Sequence record: KY794643.1
Source of the DNA: Staphylococcus phage vB_Sau_S24
Strand: one strand, 5' to 3'
DNA length: 64,000 nt
In this document: positions 33,201 to 41,778 of the stretch, piece by piece
Numbering within the stretch: the stretch's first letter is position 1
How the letters are laid out: each line of letters opens with the position of its first letter
Program-made: the position numbers and the translations under genes
Notes under the pieces: model-generated
The model's input: only the letters and a program-made list of their open reading frames with translations
Told to the model about the DNA's origin: nothing
Databases searched by the model: none

Positions 33201-33465
33201 TGATTTCTTAAAAGCAGAAATTGATGGGAAAAAGGTACAATATCCAATTGAAGCTGATATGGAAATTGGTTTAAATTATAATGACATGGTTGAATACGAT
33301 GAAGAAGAAATAGATACATTTAATTCTTACCAAGGTTATATTAAGTACATGATGAACTTACAAACACTAGAAGACTATAAAGAGTCAGGTAAACTGACTG
33401 ATGAACAATTTGAAAAGGCTACTAGTGTAGTTAAAGGTGAGAAATCTATCTATCAAGAAATTTAA
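30247..33465 (+). CDS. polA: DNA polymerase, family A (PolI-like), uninterrupted
   Basis: 1072 aa; motif A 'LLGADYSALEMRI', motif B 'RQATKAVNFGLAFGES', motif C 'ATVHDSILID'; 3'-5' exo-like N-region 'TAWDLETNS'. Confidence 0.9.
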   Translation: MKVLILFDHIREEHFSVSKDGSVKSNVLNTPNGKTLKKLLEKCSNLKRDKTNRDYDIDFLYNAVPTPIRNDYGKIIKYQDVKQAEVKPYYERMNNLIIDNAYDMIIPVGKLGVKYLLNVTAIGKVRGVPSKVTVENETSSHDVWVLPTYSIEYTNVNKNSERHVVSDLQTVGKFVEQGEEAFKPKEVSYELVDNIERVREIFTKEVTNDNYDGVDITAWDLETNSLKPDKEGSKPLVLSLSWRNGQGVTIPLYKSDFNWENGQDDIDEVLELFKNWLASKEDIKVAHNGKYDIKFLMSTENFKDFESIQDTKVGWYLAVTQEVKESLRLSDLAYEVTDVGGYDKPLEDFKLWFVTKLLRFFSDKIKEIQKENKKVAKKEYDIKAPEYKEWLETKLNETEVELDDTEKKFRVSELEKKYIQLGLSPEIVNMNLVMDNDEFISIAEQSPEYMGLSNEAKSYTLNTAIDLINKYRDVKDVVNDIDGGNFNYDWFPIELMHPYASGDTDVCRRIHCDVVKKLEEQDRPKSMHLLEVNYPRLTKSLARIESNGLYCDLDYMKENDESYESEMAKNHATMREHWAVKEFEEYQYNLYQMALEEHEKKPKERDKDIHQYRDKFKDGKWMFSPSSGDHKGRVIYDILGIQLPYDKEYVKEKPFNANVKEADLTWQDYKTDKKAIGYALDNLDLKDDVKELLELLKYHASMQTKRNSFTKKLPNMINKQKRTLHGSFSETGTETSRLSSSNPNLQNLPAHTSDVNKFDYKHPIKRSFVSRFENGVLLGADYSALEMRIIGLFTKDPDMLQSFLNGEDIHKATASIVYNKPVEEVTKEERQATKAVNFGLAFGESPFSFAGKNNMEVSEAEEIFEKYFQTKPSVKTSIDSVHEFVQQYGYVDTMHGHRRFIRSAQSTDKKIKNEGLRQSFNTIIQGSGSFLTNMSLTYLDDFIQSRNLKSKVIATVHDSILIDCPPEEAKIMAKVTLHIMENLPFDFLKAEIDGKKVQYPIEADMEIGLNYNDMVEYDEEEIDTFNSYQGYIKYMMNLQTLEDYKESGKLTDEQFEKATSVVKGEKSIYQEI

Positions 33466-33474
33466 AAAAAAGTA

Positions 33475-33503
33475 TTGACAATATGTTTAACTTATGTTAT
33501 ACT
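33475..33503 (+). promoter_or_regulatory. sigma70-type promoter TTGACA-N17-TGtTATACT
   Basis: -35 33475-33480, -10 33498-33503. Confidence 0.6.
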
Positions 33504-33535
33504 AATTAAGTAGTAAAGATAAGGAGGAAAAAACA

Positions 33536-33778
33536 ATGAATACAGGAGAAATTAGATTTAATCGTTCCTTAGATGAATGGATTATAACAAGTATGTACCA
33601 GGATGAATTAGGTGAAATGAATATTGTTATTACATTCTATAATAAGGAAGAAAATAAACATGGCTCTATGGTTTTACCAACAGAGTCATCTACTGGGGAA
33701 GTAGCAAAAGAATTAGAAAGTATTGAAGAGGAATATCCTTTAGCTTTACCCTTAAACAGTATTTCAGTTAATATTTAA
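33536..33778 (+). CDS. hypothetical protein (80 aa)
   Basis: SD TAAGGAGG; own promoter 33475-33503. Confidence 0.4.
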   Translation: MNTGEIRFNRSLDEWIITSMYQDELGEMNIVITFYNKEENKHGSMVLPTESSTGEVAKELESIEEEYPLALPLNSISVNI

Positions 33779-33794
33779 AAGGAGGAACTGGTAA

Positions 33795-34277
33795 ATGGAA
33801 ATACACATTGATTCCCTGGATTTTACAAATTTTACTATTAAAGATAGAAACGGGAACTCACAGGAGTTTGATATCACAGATGAATTAAAGATTACAGAGT
33901 ATACAATACAAGAGGACTTTATGCAACAATCAGCTAAGTATGCTTTTTGGGCTTCTATATTAGAGAAGGTTAGAGCATATTCTGAAATGGAGCAACGAAA
34001 CCTAGAAACAATTGGTAGTAAGCTAAACCTTACAATTAGACAAGAATACGAACAACAAGGTAAAAAACCTACTAAAGATATGATTGAGTCTAGTGTATAC
34101 ATTCATGACTCTTACCAACAACAGCTTAAAGTTGTTGAGGCTTGGAATTATAAAGTTAAACAACTTCAATATGTTGTAAAAGCTTTTGAGACTAGACGTG
34201 ACATGATGATTCAATTAGGTGCAGAATTACGACAAACAAATAAAAACGGTGGAATTACTAATCCGTTTTCACATTAA
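33795..34277 (+). CDS. hypothetical protein (160 aa)
   Basis: SD AAAGGAGG. Confidence 0.4.
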   Translation: MEIHIDSLDFTNFTIKDRNGNSQEFDITDELKITEYTIQEDFMQQSAKYAFWASILEKVRAYSEMEQRNLETIGSKLNLTIRQEYEQQGKKPTKDMIESSVYIHDSYQQQLKVVEAWNYKVKQLQYVVKAFETRRDMMIQLGAELRQTNKNGGITNPFSH

Positions 34278-34299
34278 AAAATAAATTAAAAAAATATAA

Positions 34300-34328
34300 T
34301 TGACAAATACAAAAAACTATGTTATAAT
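34300..34328 (+). promoter_or_regulatory. sigma70-type promoter TTGACA-N17-TGtTATAAT
   Basis: -35 34300-34305, -10 34323-34328. Confidence 0.6.
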
Positions 34329-34364
34329 AAATAAGTAAATTAATTAAAAGGAGAAAAGATAATT

Positions 34365-35543
34365 ATGGATTTCAATCAATTTATTAACAATGAGGCAAGC
34401 AAATTAGAAAGCAGTAACAGTTCTTTTAACAACAATGTAGAGAGCTATAAACCTAAAAACCCTGTATTACGATTAGGTAATATTAAAGATGCAAACGGAA
34501 ATAAAGTTACTAAAGAAAATGCTTTTGTACGAGTATTACCACCTGCACAAGGAACAAATGTTTTCTTTAAAGAATTTAGAACATCAGGAATTAACTACTC
34601 TAAGAAAGATGGTTCTCAAGGGTTCACAGGACTAACATTACCTGCAGAACAAGGTTCATCGGTACTTGACCCTTACATTGATAACTGGATAGCAAATGGT
34701 GTTCAGTTCAGTAGATTCCCTAATAAACCTGCAGTACGTTATTACATTCATGTTATTGAATACTTTAATAATAACGGACAAATTCAACCTAAGACAGACT
34801 CACAAGGTAATATCGTTATTCAACCGATGGAATTATCTAACACAGGTTATAAAGAGCTATTAGCAAACCTTAAAGATACTATGTTAAAACCATCACCTAA
34901 CGCACCTCATAGCTTTATTTCAGCAAATGAAGCATTCTTAGTTAATATTGCTAAAGCTAAAAAAGGTGAAATGTCATGGAAAGTTAGTGTTTATCCTAAT
35001 GCTCCTCTTGGTGCATTACCTCAAGGATGGGAACAACAATTATCTGACTTAGAGAAATTAGCACAACCTACAGAAGAACAAAACCCTAACTTTGTTAACT
35101 TCTTAATCAATAACGTTAATAACACAGAGTTAAGTCATGATAACTTTAAGTTTAACCGTGAGACAAATGTCTTAGGTGAAGAGCCTTCAGCACCTAAACA
35201 AGAGCCTACACAACAGGATATAGATAGTCAGATTCCAAGTAATATTGGCGGACAACAACAGGCTCCTGTACAGTCACAGCAACCACAACAACAACAACAA
35301 GGTAATGTTGATTGGAACAACTTAGCTCAACAACAATCACAGCCTGACTCAAACCCTTTCAATGACTTTGATGTAAGTAGTATTGATGATGTACAAGTAC
35401 CTTTCGATACTCAATATCAAAATACACAACAAGCACCTGAACCACAACCTGAACCACAACAAACTACTCAGGAGCCTCCAAAACAAAAAAAAGAACAAAG
35501 TATTGACGATGTATTAGGGAGTTTAGATTTAGATAACCTATAA
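34365..35543 (+). CDS. hypothetical protein; candidate single-stranded DNA-binding protein (Q/P-rich linker plus acidic C-terminal tail)
   Basis: 392 aa; own promoter and terminator; C-terminal third is Gln/Pro-rich low complexity ending '...SIDDVLGSLDLDNL' (acidic tip as in SSB/gp32 C-termini); lies between polA and recA-like gene. Confidence 0.45.
   Translation: MDFNQFINNEASKLESSNSSFNNNVESYKPKNPVLRLGNIKDANGNKVTKENAFVRVLPPAQGTNVFFKEFRTSGINYSKKDGSQGFTGLTLPAEQGSSVLDPYIDNWIANGVQFSRFPNKPAVRYYIHVIEYFNNNGQIQPKTDSQGNIVIQPMELSNTGYKELLANLKDTMLKPSPNAPHSFISANEAFLVNIAKAKKGEMSWKVSVYPNAPLGALPQGWEQQLSDLEKLAQPTEEQNPNFVNFLINNVNNTELSHDNFKFNRETNVLGEEPSAPKQEPTQQDIDSQIPSNIGGQQQAPVQSQQPQQQQQGNVDWNNLAQQQSQPDSNPFNDFDVSSIDDVQVPFDTQYQNTQQAPEPQPEPQQTTQEPPKQKKEQSIDDVLGSLDLDNL
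35270..35345 (+). repeat. CAA/CAG-rich poly-glutamine coding tract
   Basis: caaccacaacaacaacaacaagg and flanking cag/caa codons within candidate SSB gene. Confidence 0.5.
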
Positions 35544-35548
35544 GATAT

Positions 35549-35575
35549 AGAGTGCTTTAGAGCACTCTTTTATTT
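35549..35575 (+). terminator. rho-independent terminator
   Basis: AGAGTGCT-ttag-AGCACTCT plus TTTTATTT. Confidence 0.65.
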
Positions 35576-35602
35576 AAGATATAATTACTAGGAGGATATT
35601 AA

Positions 35603-36859
35603 ATGGCAAGAGCAAAAAAAGGTAAAGAAGTAGATTTAACAGATTTAAATACAATTGATTTAGGTAAAGAATTAGGATTAACATTATTATCAGATACAAA
35701 TAGAGCAGATATTAAGAATATTATACCGACAATGGTTCCTCAGTATGACTATATTTTAGGTGGAGGTATTCCATTAGGTAGATTAACTGAGGTTTACGGT
35801 TTAACTGGTAGTGGTAAATCAACATTTGCGGTTCACTTATCTAGAATTGCAACACAATTAGGTGTTATTACTATTTGGATTGATATTGAAGGAACAGCAG
35901 ATAATAATCGTATGGAACAACTTGGAGTAGATGTTTCGAAACTGTTCTCTATTCAATCAGGAGAAGGTAGACTTAAAAATACAGTAGAGCTATCTGTAGA
36001 ATCTGTAGGTAAAGAATTAGAGTACTGGATTGACACCTTTAATGAGAAGATACCTGGAGTACCTATTGTGTTTATTTGGGACTCATTAGGAGCTACACGA
36101 ACTCAGAAAGAGATTGATGGCGGTATTGATGAGAAACAAATGGGTCTTAAAGCATCAGCTACTCAAAAAGTAATTAATGCAGTAACACCTAAATTAAATG
36201 ATACAAATACAGGGTTAATTGTTATTAACCAAGCACGAGACGATATGAATGCAGGTATGTGGGGTGACCCTATTAAGTCTACGGGTGGTAGAGCTTTTGA
36301 GCATAGTGCTAGTTTACGTATTAAAGTTCATCAAGCTTCTAAATTAAAACAGAAAAGTGAATTAACTGGTAAAGATGAATATCACGGTCATATTATGCGT
36401 ATTGAAACTAAGAAATCTAAACTATCTAGACCAGGACAAAAAGCAGAAGCAGACTTACTATCTGATTATATGGTAGGTAAAGACGATGACCCTATCTTAT
36501 TAAACGGTATTGACTTAGAACATACTGTATATAAAGAAGCAGTTGAGAGAGGTTTAATTACTAAAGGTGCATGGAGAAACTATGTTACATTGAATGGTGA
36601 GGAAATTAAACTTAGAGATGCTGAATGGGTACCTGTATTAAAAGATAATAGAGAGTTATATTTAGAGTTATTCAGTAGAGTATATGGAGAACATTTCCCT
36701 AATGGATACTCACCATTGCTTAATAACAAAGTAATTGTAACTCAACTAGAAGAGTATCAAGCATTAGAGAATTATTACGAAGAATGGGCTACAAATAATA
36801 AACAGGAAGAACAAGAGGAAGAACCAAAAGGAGAATCTCAAGAAAAGGATTCTGAATAA
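35603..36859 (+). CDS. RecA/UvsX-like recombinase
   Basis: 418 aa; 'VYGLTGSGKSTFAVHL' Walker A, 'VFIWDSLGA' Walker B-like; acidic C-terminal tail. Confidence 0.75.
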   Translation: MARAKKGKEVDLTDLNTIDLGKELGLTLLSDTNRADIKNIIPTMVPQYDYILGGGIPLGRLTEVYGLTGSGKSTFAVHLSRIATQLGVITIWIDIEGTADNNRMEQLGVDVSKLFSIQSGEGRLKNTVELSVESVGKELEYWIDTFNEKIPGVPIVFIWDSLGATRTQKEIDGGIDEKQMGLKASATQKVINAVTPKLNDTNTGLIVINQARDDMNAGMWGDPIKSTGGRAFEHSASLRIKVHQASKLKQKSELTGKDEYHGHIMRIETKKSKLSRPGQKAEADLLSDYMVGKDDDPILLNGIDLEHTVYKEAVERGLITKGAWRNYVTLNGEEIKLRDAEWVPVLKDNRELYLELFSRVYGEHFPNGYSPLLNNKVIVTQLEEYQALENYYEEWATNNKQEEQEEEPKGESQEKDSE

Positions 36860-36862
36860 TAG

Positions 36863-37216
36863 ATGGATAATTTAATAGATAAAAACATGAATCAGGTAAA
36901 AGAATCTTTGGGGAATGCAAATTCCTCAGATGTTCTTCCTTTACCTTATAAAAACATAGCAAAGAAATTTGAAGAAGTAAAAGAAAAAGGTGAATCAATT
37001 ATCATTGAAGAAGGTGGATTCCCTTATACAGATTCTACAGTGATGTATATAGAACATGTAACAGATAGATGGGCAGGAGGATACTCCTTAATCAGACATG
37101 AAGGTGAAGAGGTTAAAGTACCTAAAACTATCCATTTCTCTGATATATATGTTAAAGATAAATCACATAAAGTAAGAATAATCTTCGAGGGGGCTAATCC
37201 TTATGAAGAAAGCTAA
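36863..37216 (+). CDS. hypothetical protein (117 aa)
   Basis: ORF immediately after recombinase; overlaps sigma-like gene start. Confidence 0.4.
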   Translation: MDNLIDKNMNQVKESLGNANSSDVLPLPYKNIAKKFEEVKEKGESIIIEEGGFPYTDSTVMYIEHVTDRWAGGYSLIRHEGEEVKVPKTIHFSDIYVKDKSHKVRIIFEGANPYEES

Positions 37217-37865
37217 CAATGGTAATAGATATGTAATAGATATAGATGGTATCCCTGTTGACTTTGAAAGAGACTTAGATAGTTTACTTAATAGATATAA
37301 AAACCTTAGATGGGCATTGTACCATAGATATGCAGGTATTTTATCTAATGACTTTGAAAGACAAGAATTAAGAGAATACATTGATGAGCAATTTATTAAA
37401 CTAGTTAAAGAATATAATATTAGAAGTAAAGTAGATTTCCCTGGATACATTAAAGCTAAACTAACTTTAAGAGTTCAGAATAGCTATGTTAAGAAGAATG
37501 AAAAATACAAACGTACTGAAATTATAGGTAAAAAAGATTATACAGTAGAGTCCTTGACTGAGGATTTAAATGAGGACTTTGAGGATAATCAAATTATGAG
37601 TTATGTATTTGATGATATAGAGTTTACAGAAGTTCAAAGTGAACTACTTAAAGAATTACTTATTAACCCTGAAAGAGAAGATGATGCTTTTATCGTTTCT
37701 CAAGTAGCGGAGAAGTTTGATATGAAGAGAAAAGAAGTAGCAAGTGAATTGACAGAATTAAGAGATTATGTTAGATTTAAAATAAATGCATACCATGAGT
37801 ACTATGCAAAGAAAGAATTAAATAACCATAGAGTTAATACTGAAAATCATATTTGGGAAAACTAG
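37203..37865 (+). CDS. sigma70-family (region 2/4-like) RNA polymerase sigma factor
   Basis: 220 aa; 'ELREYIDEQFIKLVKEYNIRSKVDFPGYIKAKLTLRVQN' resembles sigma region 2.1-2.4; position next to recA-like gene as in Twort-like phages; SD GAGGGGG. Confidence 0.5.
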   Translation: MKKANNGNRYVIDIDGIPVDFERDLDSLLNRYKNLRWALYHRYAGILSNDFERQELREYIDEQFIKLVKEYNIRSKVDFPGYIKAKLTLRVQNSYVKKNEKYKRTEIIGKKDYTVESLTEDLNEDFEDNQIMSYVFDDIEFTEVQSELLKELLINPEREDDAFIVSQVAEKFDMKRKEVASELTELRDYVRFKINAYHEYYAKKELNNHRVNTENHIWEN

Positions 37866-37872
37866 TTACGGT

Positions 37873-37932
37873 GCCTTCCTTGTGTTATATTATTATCGAG
37901 AATTCAATAATAAAGCATAGGGAAGGCTTTTT
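37873..37932 (+). terminator. compound hairpin terminator after sigma-like gene
   Basis: outer GCCTTCC/GGAAGGC stem, inner TTATTAT/ATAATAA stem around GAATTC, then T5. Confidence 0.4.
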
Positions 37933-37991
37933 CTATGTCTTATAGAATGCTTTAAAATAGATTACTAAAATAAAGATTGGAGATTAAGCTT

Positions 37992-38624
37992 ATGGCTAAA
38001 AAGAATGTTAATGATGTATTACAGCAAGAATCTGTTACAGTAGCAGATAAATATTTACAAGTTAAGGTTAACCGTGACGGTTATACTCGTACACATGAAG
38101 GACAATATGCGTACAAAGTAGTTTCAGAGGGAGAAGAGTTATTCTTATACCCTGTACAAACAGATGGTAAAGGTGTACTAAATATTATGAAGAAATCACC
38201 TATTGCTTACACTGATGGAGACAACATCCATTTTGTAGTAAACACAGTAGTAGACCCTTATAATCACTCATTTATCCGTACTGAAGATATTAAAGGATTA
38301 GATAAAGGTAAACAACTTATTCAAGCTTTCTTAGCTTTCGTTGAAGACCGTTTCAAATTTGGTGTTTATAACGTATTTGTTGCAAATAACAAAGAAGATG
38401 TATTATCTATTGTAGACCCTACAGATAATGATGCAGATGAAGTTAAAGATAGCTTAAAACATGCACATGAAGATGTAATTGCGGATTTCCCTGCTAGTCC
38501 TGCTCGTAAGGACGTTAAAGGTGTAGATTCAGGAGAAGGTCAAGGAGATACTTCAGAACCATCAACACCTGAGAACGTTCAAGTTACTCCTACAGAAGAC
38601 GGAGCAGACGTAACAGCAGAATAA
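37992..38624 (+). CDS. hypothetical protein with acidic disordered C-terminus
   Basis: start at ATG 37992 (GGAG SD) rather than track 37977; preceded by compound terminator. Confidence 0.35.
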   Translation: MAKKNVNDVLQQESVTVADKYLQVKVNRDGYTRTHEGQYAYKVVSEGEELFLYPVQTDGKGVLNIMKKSPIAYTDGDNIHFVVNTVVDPYNHSFIRTEDIKGLDKGKQLIQAFLAFVEDRFKFGVYNVFVANNKEDVLSIVDPTDNDADEVKDSLKHAHEDVIADFPASPARKDVKGVDSGEGQGDTSEPSTPENVQVTPTEDGADVTAE

Positions 38625-38636
38625 TATAGACAAAGG

Positions 38637-39158
38637 ATGGTAAATTTGGCTAAGTTAAATTTATACAAAGGTAATGACTTACTAGACAGCGTAGAGAAAA
38701 CAGAAGGAAAATCAACTATTACTATTGAAGGATTAGAGGCTAATACAGACTACCCTGCAGGAACATACCAGGTCTCTTTTTCTAACACATCAGGAGAATC
38801 AGAAAAGGTAGATGTACCCCAGTTCAAGACTGATGCTATTGGTGTTGCTTCGGTAACACTAGACGTTGAAAGTTTAGACTTAACAATTGGGGATACACAT
38901 CAGCTACAAGCTACAGTAGCCCCAAGTAATGCTTCTAATAGTAATGTATCTTTTAGTTCTGATGCAGAAGCTGTTGCTACTGTATCAGCTAGTGGATTAG
39001 TTGAAGCCATTACAGCAGGTACAGCTAATATTACAGTAACTACTGAAGATGGAAGTTTTACAGATGCTGTTGCTGTAACAGTTAAGGAACCTATTCCTGA
39101 AGCACCTGCAGATGTAACAGTAGACCCTGGTGAAACTACTGCAGATATTATCGTATAG
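38637..39158 (+). CDS. Ig-like protein (FN3-like module plus Big_2 domain)
   Basis: 173 aa; 'TIGDTHQLQATVAPSNASNSNVSFSSDAEAVATVSASGLVEAITAGTANITVTTEDGSFTDAVAVTV' is a Big_2 pattern; N-terminal 'GLEANTDYPAGTYQVSF' FN3-like; alternative TTG start at 38646 possible. Confidence 0.6.
   Translation: MVNLAKLNLYKGNDLLDSVEKTEGKSTITIEGLEANTDYPAGTYQVSFSNTSGESEKVDVPQFKTDAIGVASVTLDVESLDLTIGDTHQLQATVAPSNASNSNVSFSSDAEAVATVSASGLVEAITAGTANITVTTEDGSFTDAVAVTVKEPIPEAPADVTVDPGETTADIIV
38691..38832 (+). repeat. FN3-like coding module, copy 1
   Basis: protein-level duplication with 39227-39368. Confidence 0.5.
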
Positions 39159-39172
39159 GAGGATAACTAAGA

Positions 39173-39406
39173 ATGGAAAAAACATTAAAAGTTTATAGTA
39201 ACGGAGAAGTTGTAGGCTCACAAGTTGCTAATACTGAAGGAGCTACTACAGTTTCTATCACAGGACTAGAAGCAGGGACAACATACCCTGCAGGGACTTT
39301 TAAAGTAGCATTTGCTAATGACTCAGGTGAGTCAGACCAAGTAGATGTCCCTGAATTCACAACAACTACACCTGAACCTGCTCCTGAGGGAGAGACAGGA
39401 GTATAA
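39173..39406 (+). CDS. FN3-like module protein (paralogue of N-terminus of 38637 ORF)
   Basis: 77 aa; 'TEGATTVSITGLEAGTTYPAGTFKVAFANDSGESDQVDVPEF' aligns residue-by-residue with upstream gene module; strong terminator follows. Confidence 0.5.
   Translation: MEKTLKVYSNGEVVGSQVANTEGATTVSITGLEAGTTYPAGTFKVAFANDSGESDQVDVPEFTTTTPEPAPEGETGV
39227..39368 (+). repeat. FN3-like coding module, copy 2
   Basis: TEGxxTxxIxGLEAxTxYPAGTxxVxFxNxSGESxxVDVPxF shared. Confidence 0.5.
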
Positions 39407-39412
39407 AAGATT

Positions 39413-39443
39413 AAGACCAACTAAAAAAGTTGGTCTTTTTTTA
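39413..39443 (+). terminator. rho-independent terminator
   Basis: AAGACCAACT-aaaaa-AGTTGGTCTT plus T7. Confidence 0.75.
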
Positions 39444-39471
39444 TTGACAATATACTTATCCTGTGTTACAC
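39444..39471 (+). promoter_or_regulatory. sigma70-type promoter TTGACA-N16-TGtTACACT
   Basis: -35 perfect; -10 one mismatch; follows 10-bp-stem terminator. Confidence 0.45.
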
Positions 39472-39502
39472 TGTATAAGAATTAAGAAAAGGAGGGAAAG
39501 TA

Positions 39503-39763
39503 ATGGATATTCCAACAATATTATTTAGAAATCCATATGATTACACAAAAGTAAAAAAATTAATGGAAAGCAAAGAGCAATACATTGTAGTAAAGTTTGA
39601 TTCAGTTTCTGTTCATAACTTAAATGTTCAAGGTATGATGAATGTTATTCAAGATTACCTACACATCTACGGTTACAGAGTTAAAGAATACGGGCAAGAA
39701 AATGCTTCTAAAGATGATGAAAGAGACGTTAAAGGTTACTTATACGAAAGAGTAGGTGACTAA
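39503..39763 (+). CDS. hypothetical protein (86 aa)
   Basis: SD AAAAGGAGGG; promoter 39444-39471. Confidence 0.4.
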   Translation: MDIPTILFRNPYDYTKVKKLMESKEQYIVVKFDSVSVHNLNVQGMMNVIQDYLHIYGYRVKEYGQENASKDDERDVKGYLYERVGD

Positions 39764-39766
39764 GCT

Positions 39767-40522
39767 ATGTATATTATAGTAAATGATAATCATATACAGT
39801 CAGATACATTAGACGATTACAGTGGCTTCTTTGATGTATTAAAGGTAGACACTTTTGAGCAAGGACTACTACAGATAGAAGATGAACCTACGATTTTAGC
39901 CGGATTTATTTATGATGGTTACACATACAATAATGTTATTAAGTCCTACCCTGATATTGGAGATTACATTAAGAATAATGATATCTATTATGCAACAGAT
40001 ATCGGAATACTGCCTGATACATTTATTACTGTTACCTCAGAGAAAAAACATTATTCACTATTACAACAGATAGAGGAAATAACTAAAGAGGAACTTCCTA
40101 ATTGGGTAATCGAAGATTCAAAAGATTTAACTAGGTATTATAACTTTCAAGATTTTGAAGATGTATTTGATTTAAATAGTTTTTATAAAAAAGAAGTTGA
40201 CACAGTAAAAGAAAAGTGCTATACTAATGGTAATGTATATTTATTATATGAAGTTCTGCCGGACTATAAACTACCTTTAGCCTATAGGTTACTTGAAGAT
40301 AAGGAACATGGTATTGTTATTATAGGTTCACAGACACGTTCTAATAATGATATACTGACTTTTTATGTTAAAGGTATGGACGTTAAGGCAATAGCTAATA
40401 TGTTTAATGTAGAGCATGACTATGACTCTAACATATTCCATACATTCATAAATAGTCACATTAACATTTTAGGAAATCAAATAACTAAGTTTATAAAAGA
40501 GAAAGGAAGCAGTTATGAGTAA
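39767..40522 (+). CDS. hypothetical protein (251 aa)
   Basis: SD GTAGGTGA. Confidence 0.4.
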   Translation: MYIIVNDNHIQSDTLDDYSGFFDVLKVDTFEQGLLQIEDEPTILAGFIYDGYTYNNVIKSYPDIGDYIKNNDIYYATDIGILPDTFITVTSEKKHYSLLQQIEEITKEELPNWVIEDSKDLTRYYNFQDFEDVFDLNSFYKKEVDTVKEKCYTNGNVYLLYEVLPDYKLPLAYRLLEDKEHGIVIIGSQTRSNNDILTFYVKGMDVKAIANMFNVEHDYDSNIFHTFINSHINILGNQITKFIKEKGSSYE

Positions 40523-41765
40523 ATATAAAACAATAGAAGAAGTACAAGCAGTTATTATCGGAGTATTATTTAAGGATGAGGGTAAAATTGTAACATCCAA
40601 GTTTAATAAAATTACTAAAGAGTTTGGTTTAGATAGAATAGGTAAAGATGACCTTAAGGAAATTGTAGAAGATATTAGACAAGATGAATATCTAAACGAA
40701 CTTAAAAACAAAGCAATTAAAGGTAAAGTAACATTAGGTGACTTAAAAGATGTTGCAGATAATCAAGTATTCGAAGGTAATAACTACCATGAAGAAGTAT
40801 CTACTTATGTAGTAGCTAAAGAAAAAGAACTATCTCACTTAAGAGAACAACGTAAGCACAATAGGCATACCGCATATCCTCAAATTATGTTTGATGAACT
40901 TAAAGAACATATGGTTAAAGAATTACAGGGAGAAACATTAGTAGAGCATCATGGAAGTAAAGCTAATATTAATGACACAGAATTAATTGTATTACTATCA
41001 GATTTCCACATTGGAAGTATTGTATCTGATATGACTAATGGTAAATATGATTTTGAAGTATTAAAGTCAAGACTAAATCACTTTATTGATACAACAATTA
41101 AAGAGATTGAGGACAGAGATATTTCTAATGTAACTGTTTACTTTGTAGGTGACTTAGTAGAACATATCAACATGAGAGATGTTAACCAAGCATTTGAAAC
41201 AGAGTTTACTTTAGCAGAACAAATCTCTAAAGGTACTCGATTACTTATTGATATCCTAAATGTACTTTCTGATGTAGTTACAGGTGAATTAAGATTTGGT
41301 ATTATCGGCGGTAATCATGACCGTATGCAAGGTAATAAGAACCAAAAGATTTACAATGATAATATTGCTTATGTAGTACTAGATTCTTTACTACTATTTC
41401 AAGAGCAAGGGTTATTAAACGGTGTAGATATTATTGATAATCGTGAAGATATTTACACTATTAGAGATACCTTTGGTGGTAAATCTATTATCATTAACCA
41501 TGGTGACGGCTTAAAAGGTAAAGGTAACCATATTAATAAATTTATCTTAGATAGTCATATTGATTTACTAATTACAGGTCATGTACACCATTTCTCAGTA
41601 AAACAAGAAGATTTTAATAGAATGCATATTGTAGCTTCATCACCAATGGGTTATAATAACTATGCTAAAGAATTACACCTATCAAAAACTAAACCGTCTC
41701 AACAACTGTTATTTGTAAATAAAGAGAATAAAGATATTGATATTAAAACAGTATTTTTAGATTAA
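40515..41765 (+). CDS. calcineurin-like metallophosphoesterase (putative DNA-repair exonuclease)
   Basis: 416 aa; 'LSDFHIGS', 'FVGDLVEH', 'GGNHD', 'INHGDG', 'GHVHHF' phosphoesterase motifs. Confidence 0.65.
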   Translation: MSKYKTIEEVQAVIIGVLFKDEGKIVTSKFNKITKEFGLDRIGKDDLKEIVEDIRQDEYLNELKNKAIKGKVTLGDLKDVADNQVFEGNNYHEEVSTYVVAKEKELSHLREQRKHNRHTAYPQIMFDELKEHMVKELQGETLVEHHGSKANINDTELIVLLSDFHIGSIVSDMTNGKYDFEVLKSRLNHFIDTTIKEIEDRDISNVTVYFVGDLVEHINMRDVNQAFETEFTLAEQISKGTRLLIDILNVLSDVVTGELRFGIIGGNHDRMQGNKNQKIYNDNIAYVVLDSLLLFQEQGLLNGVDIIDNREDIYTIRDTFGGKSIIINHGDGLKGKGNHINKFILDSHIDLLITGHVHHFSVKQEDFNRMHIVASSPMGYNNYAKELHLSKTKPSQQLLFVNKENKDIDIKTVFLD

Positions 41766-41778
41766 GGATGATTAACAA

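Noticed and set aside
35270-35345. CAA/CAG tract as a possible CRISPR-like or microsatellite locus
   Set aside because: It is in-frame coding for poly-Q inside an ORF. There is no repeat-spacer periodicity. Reported only as a simple repeat.
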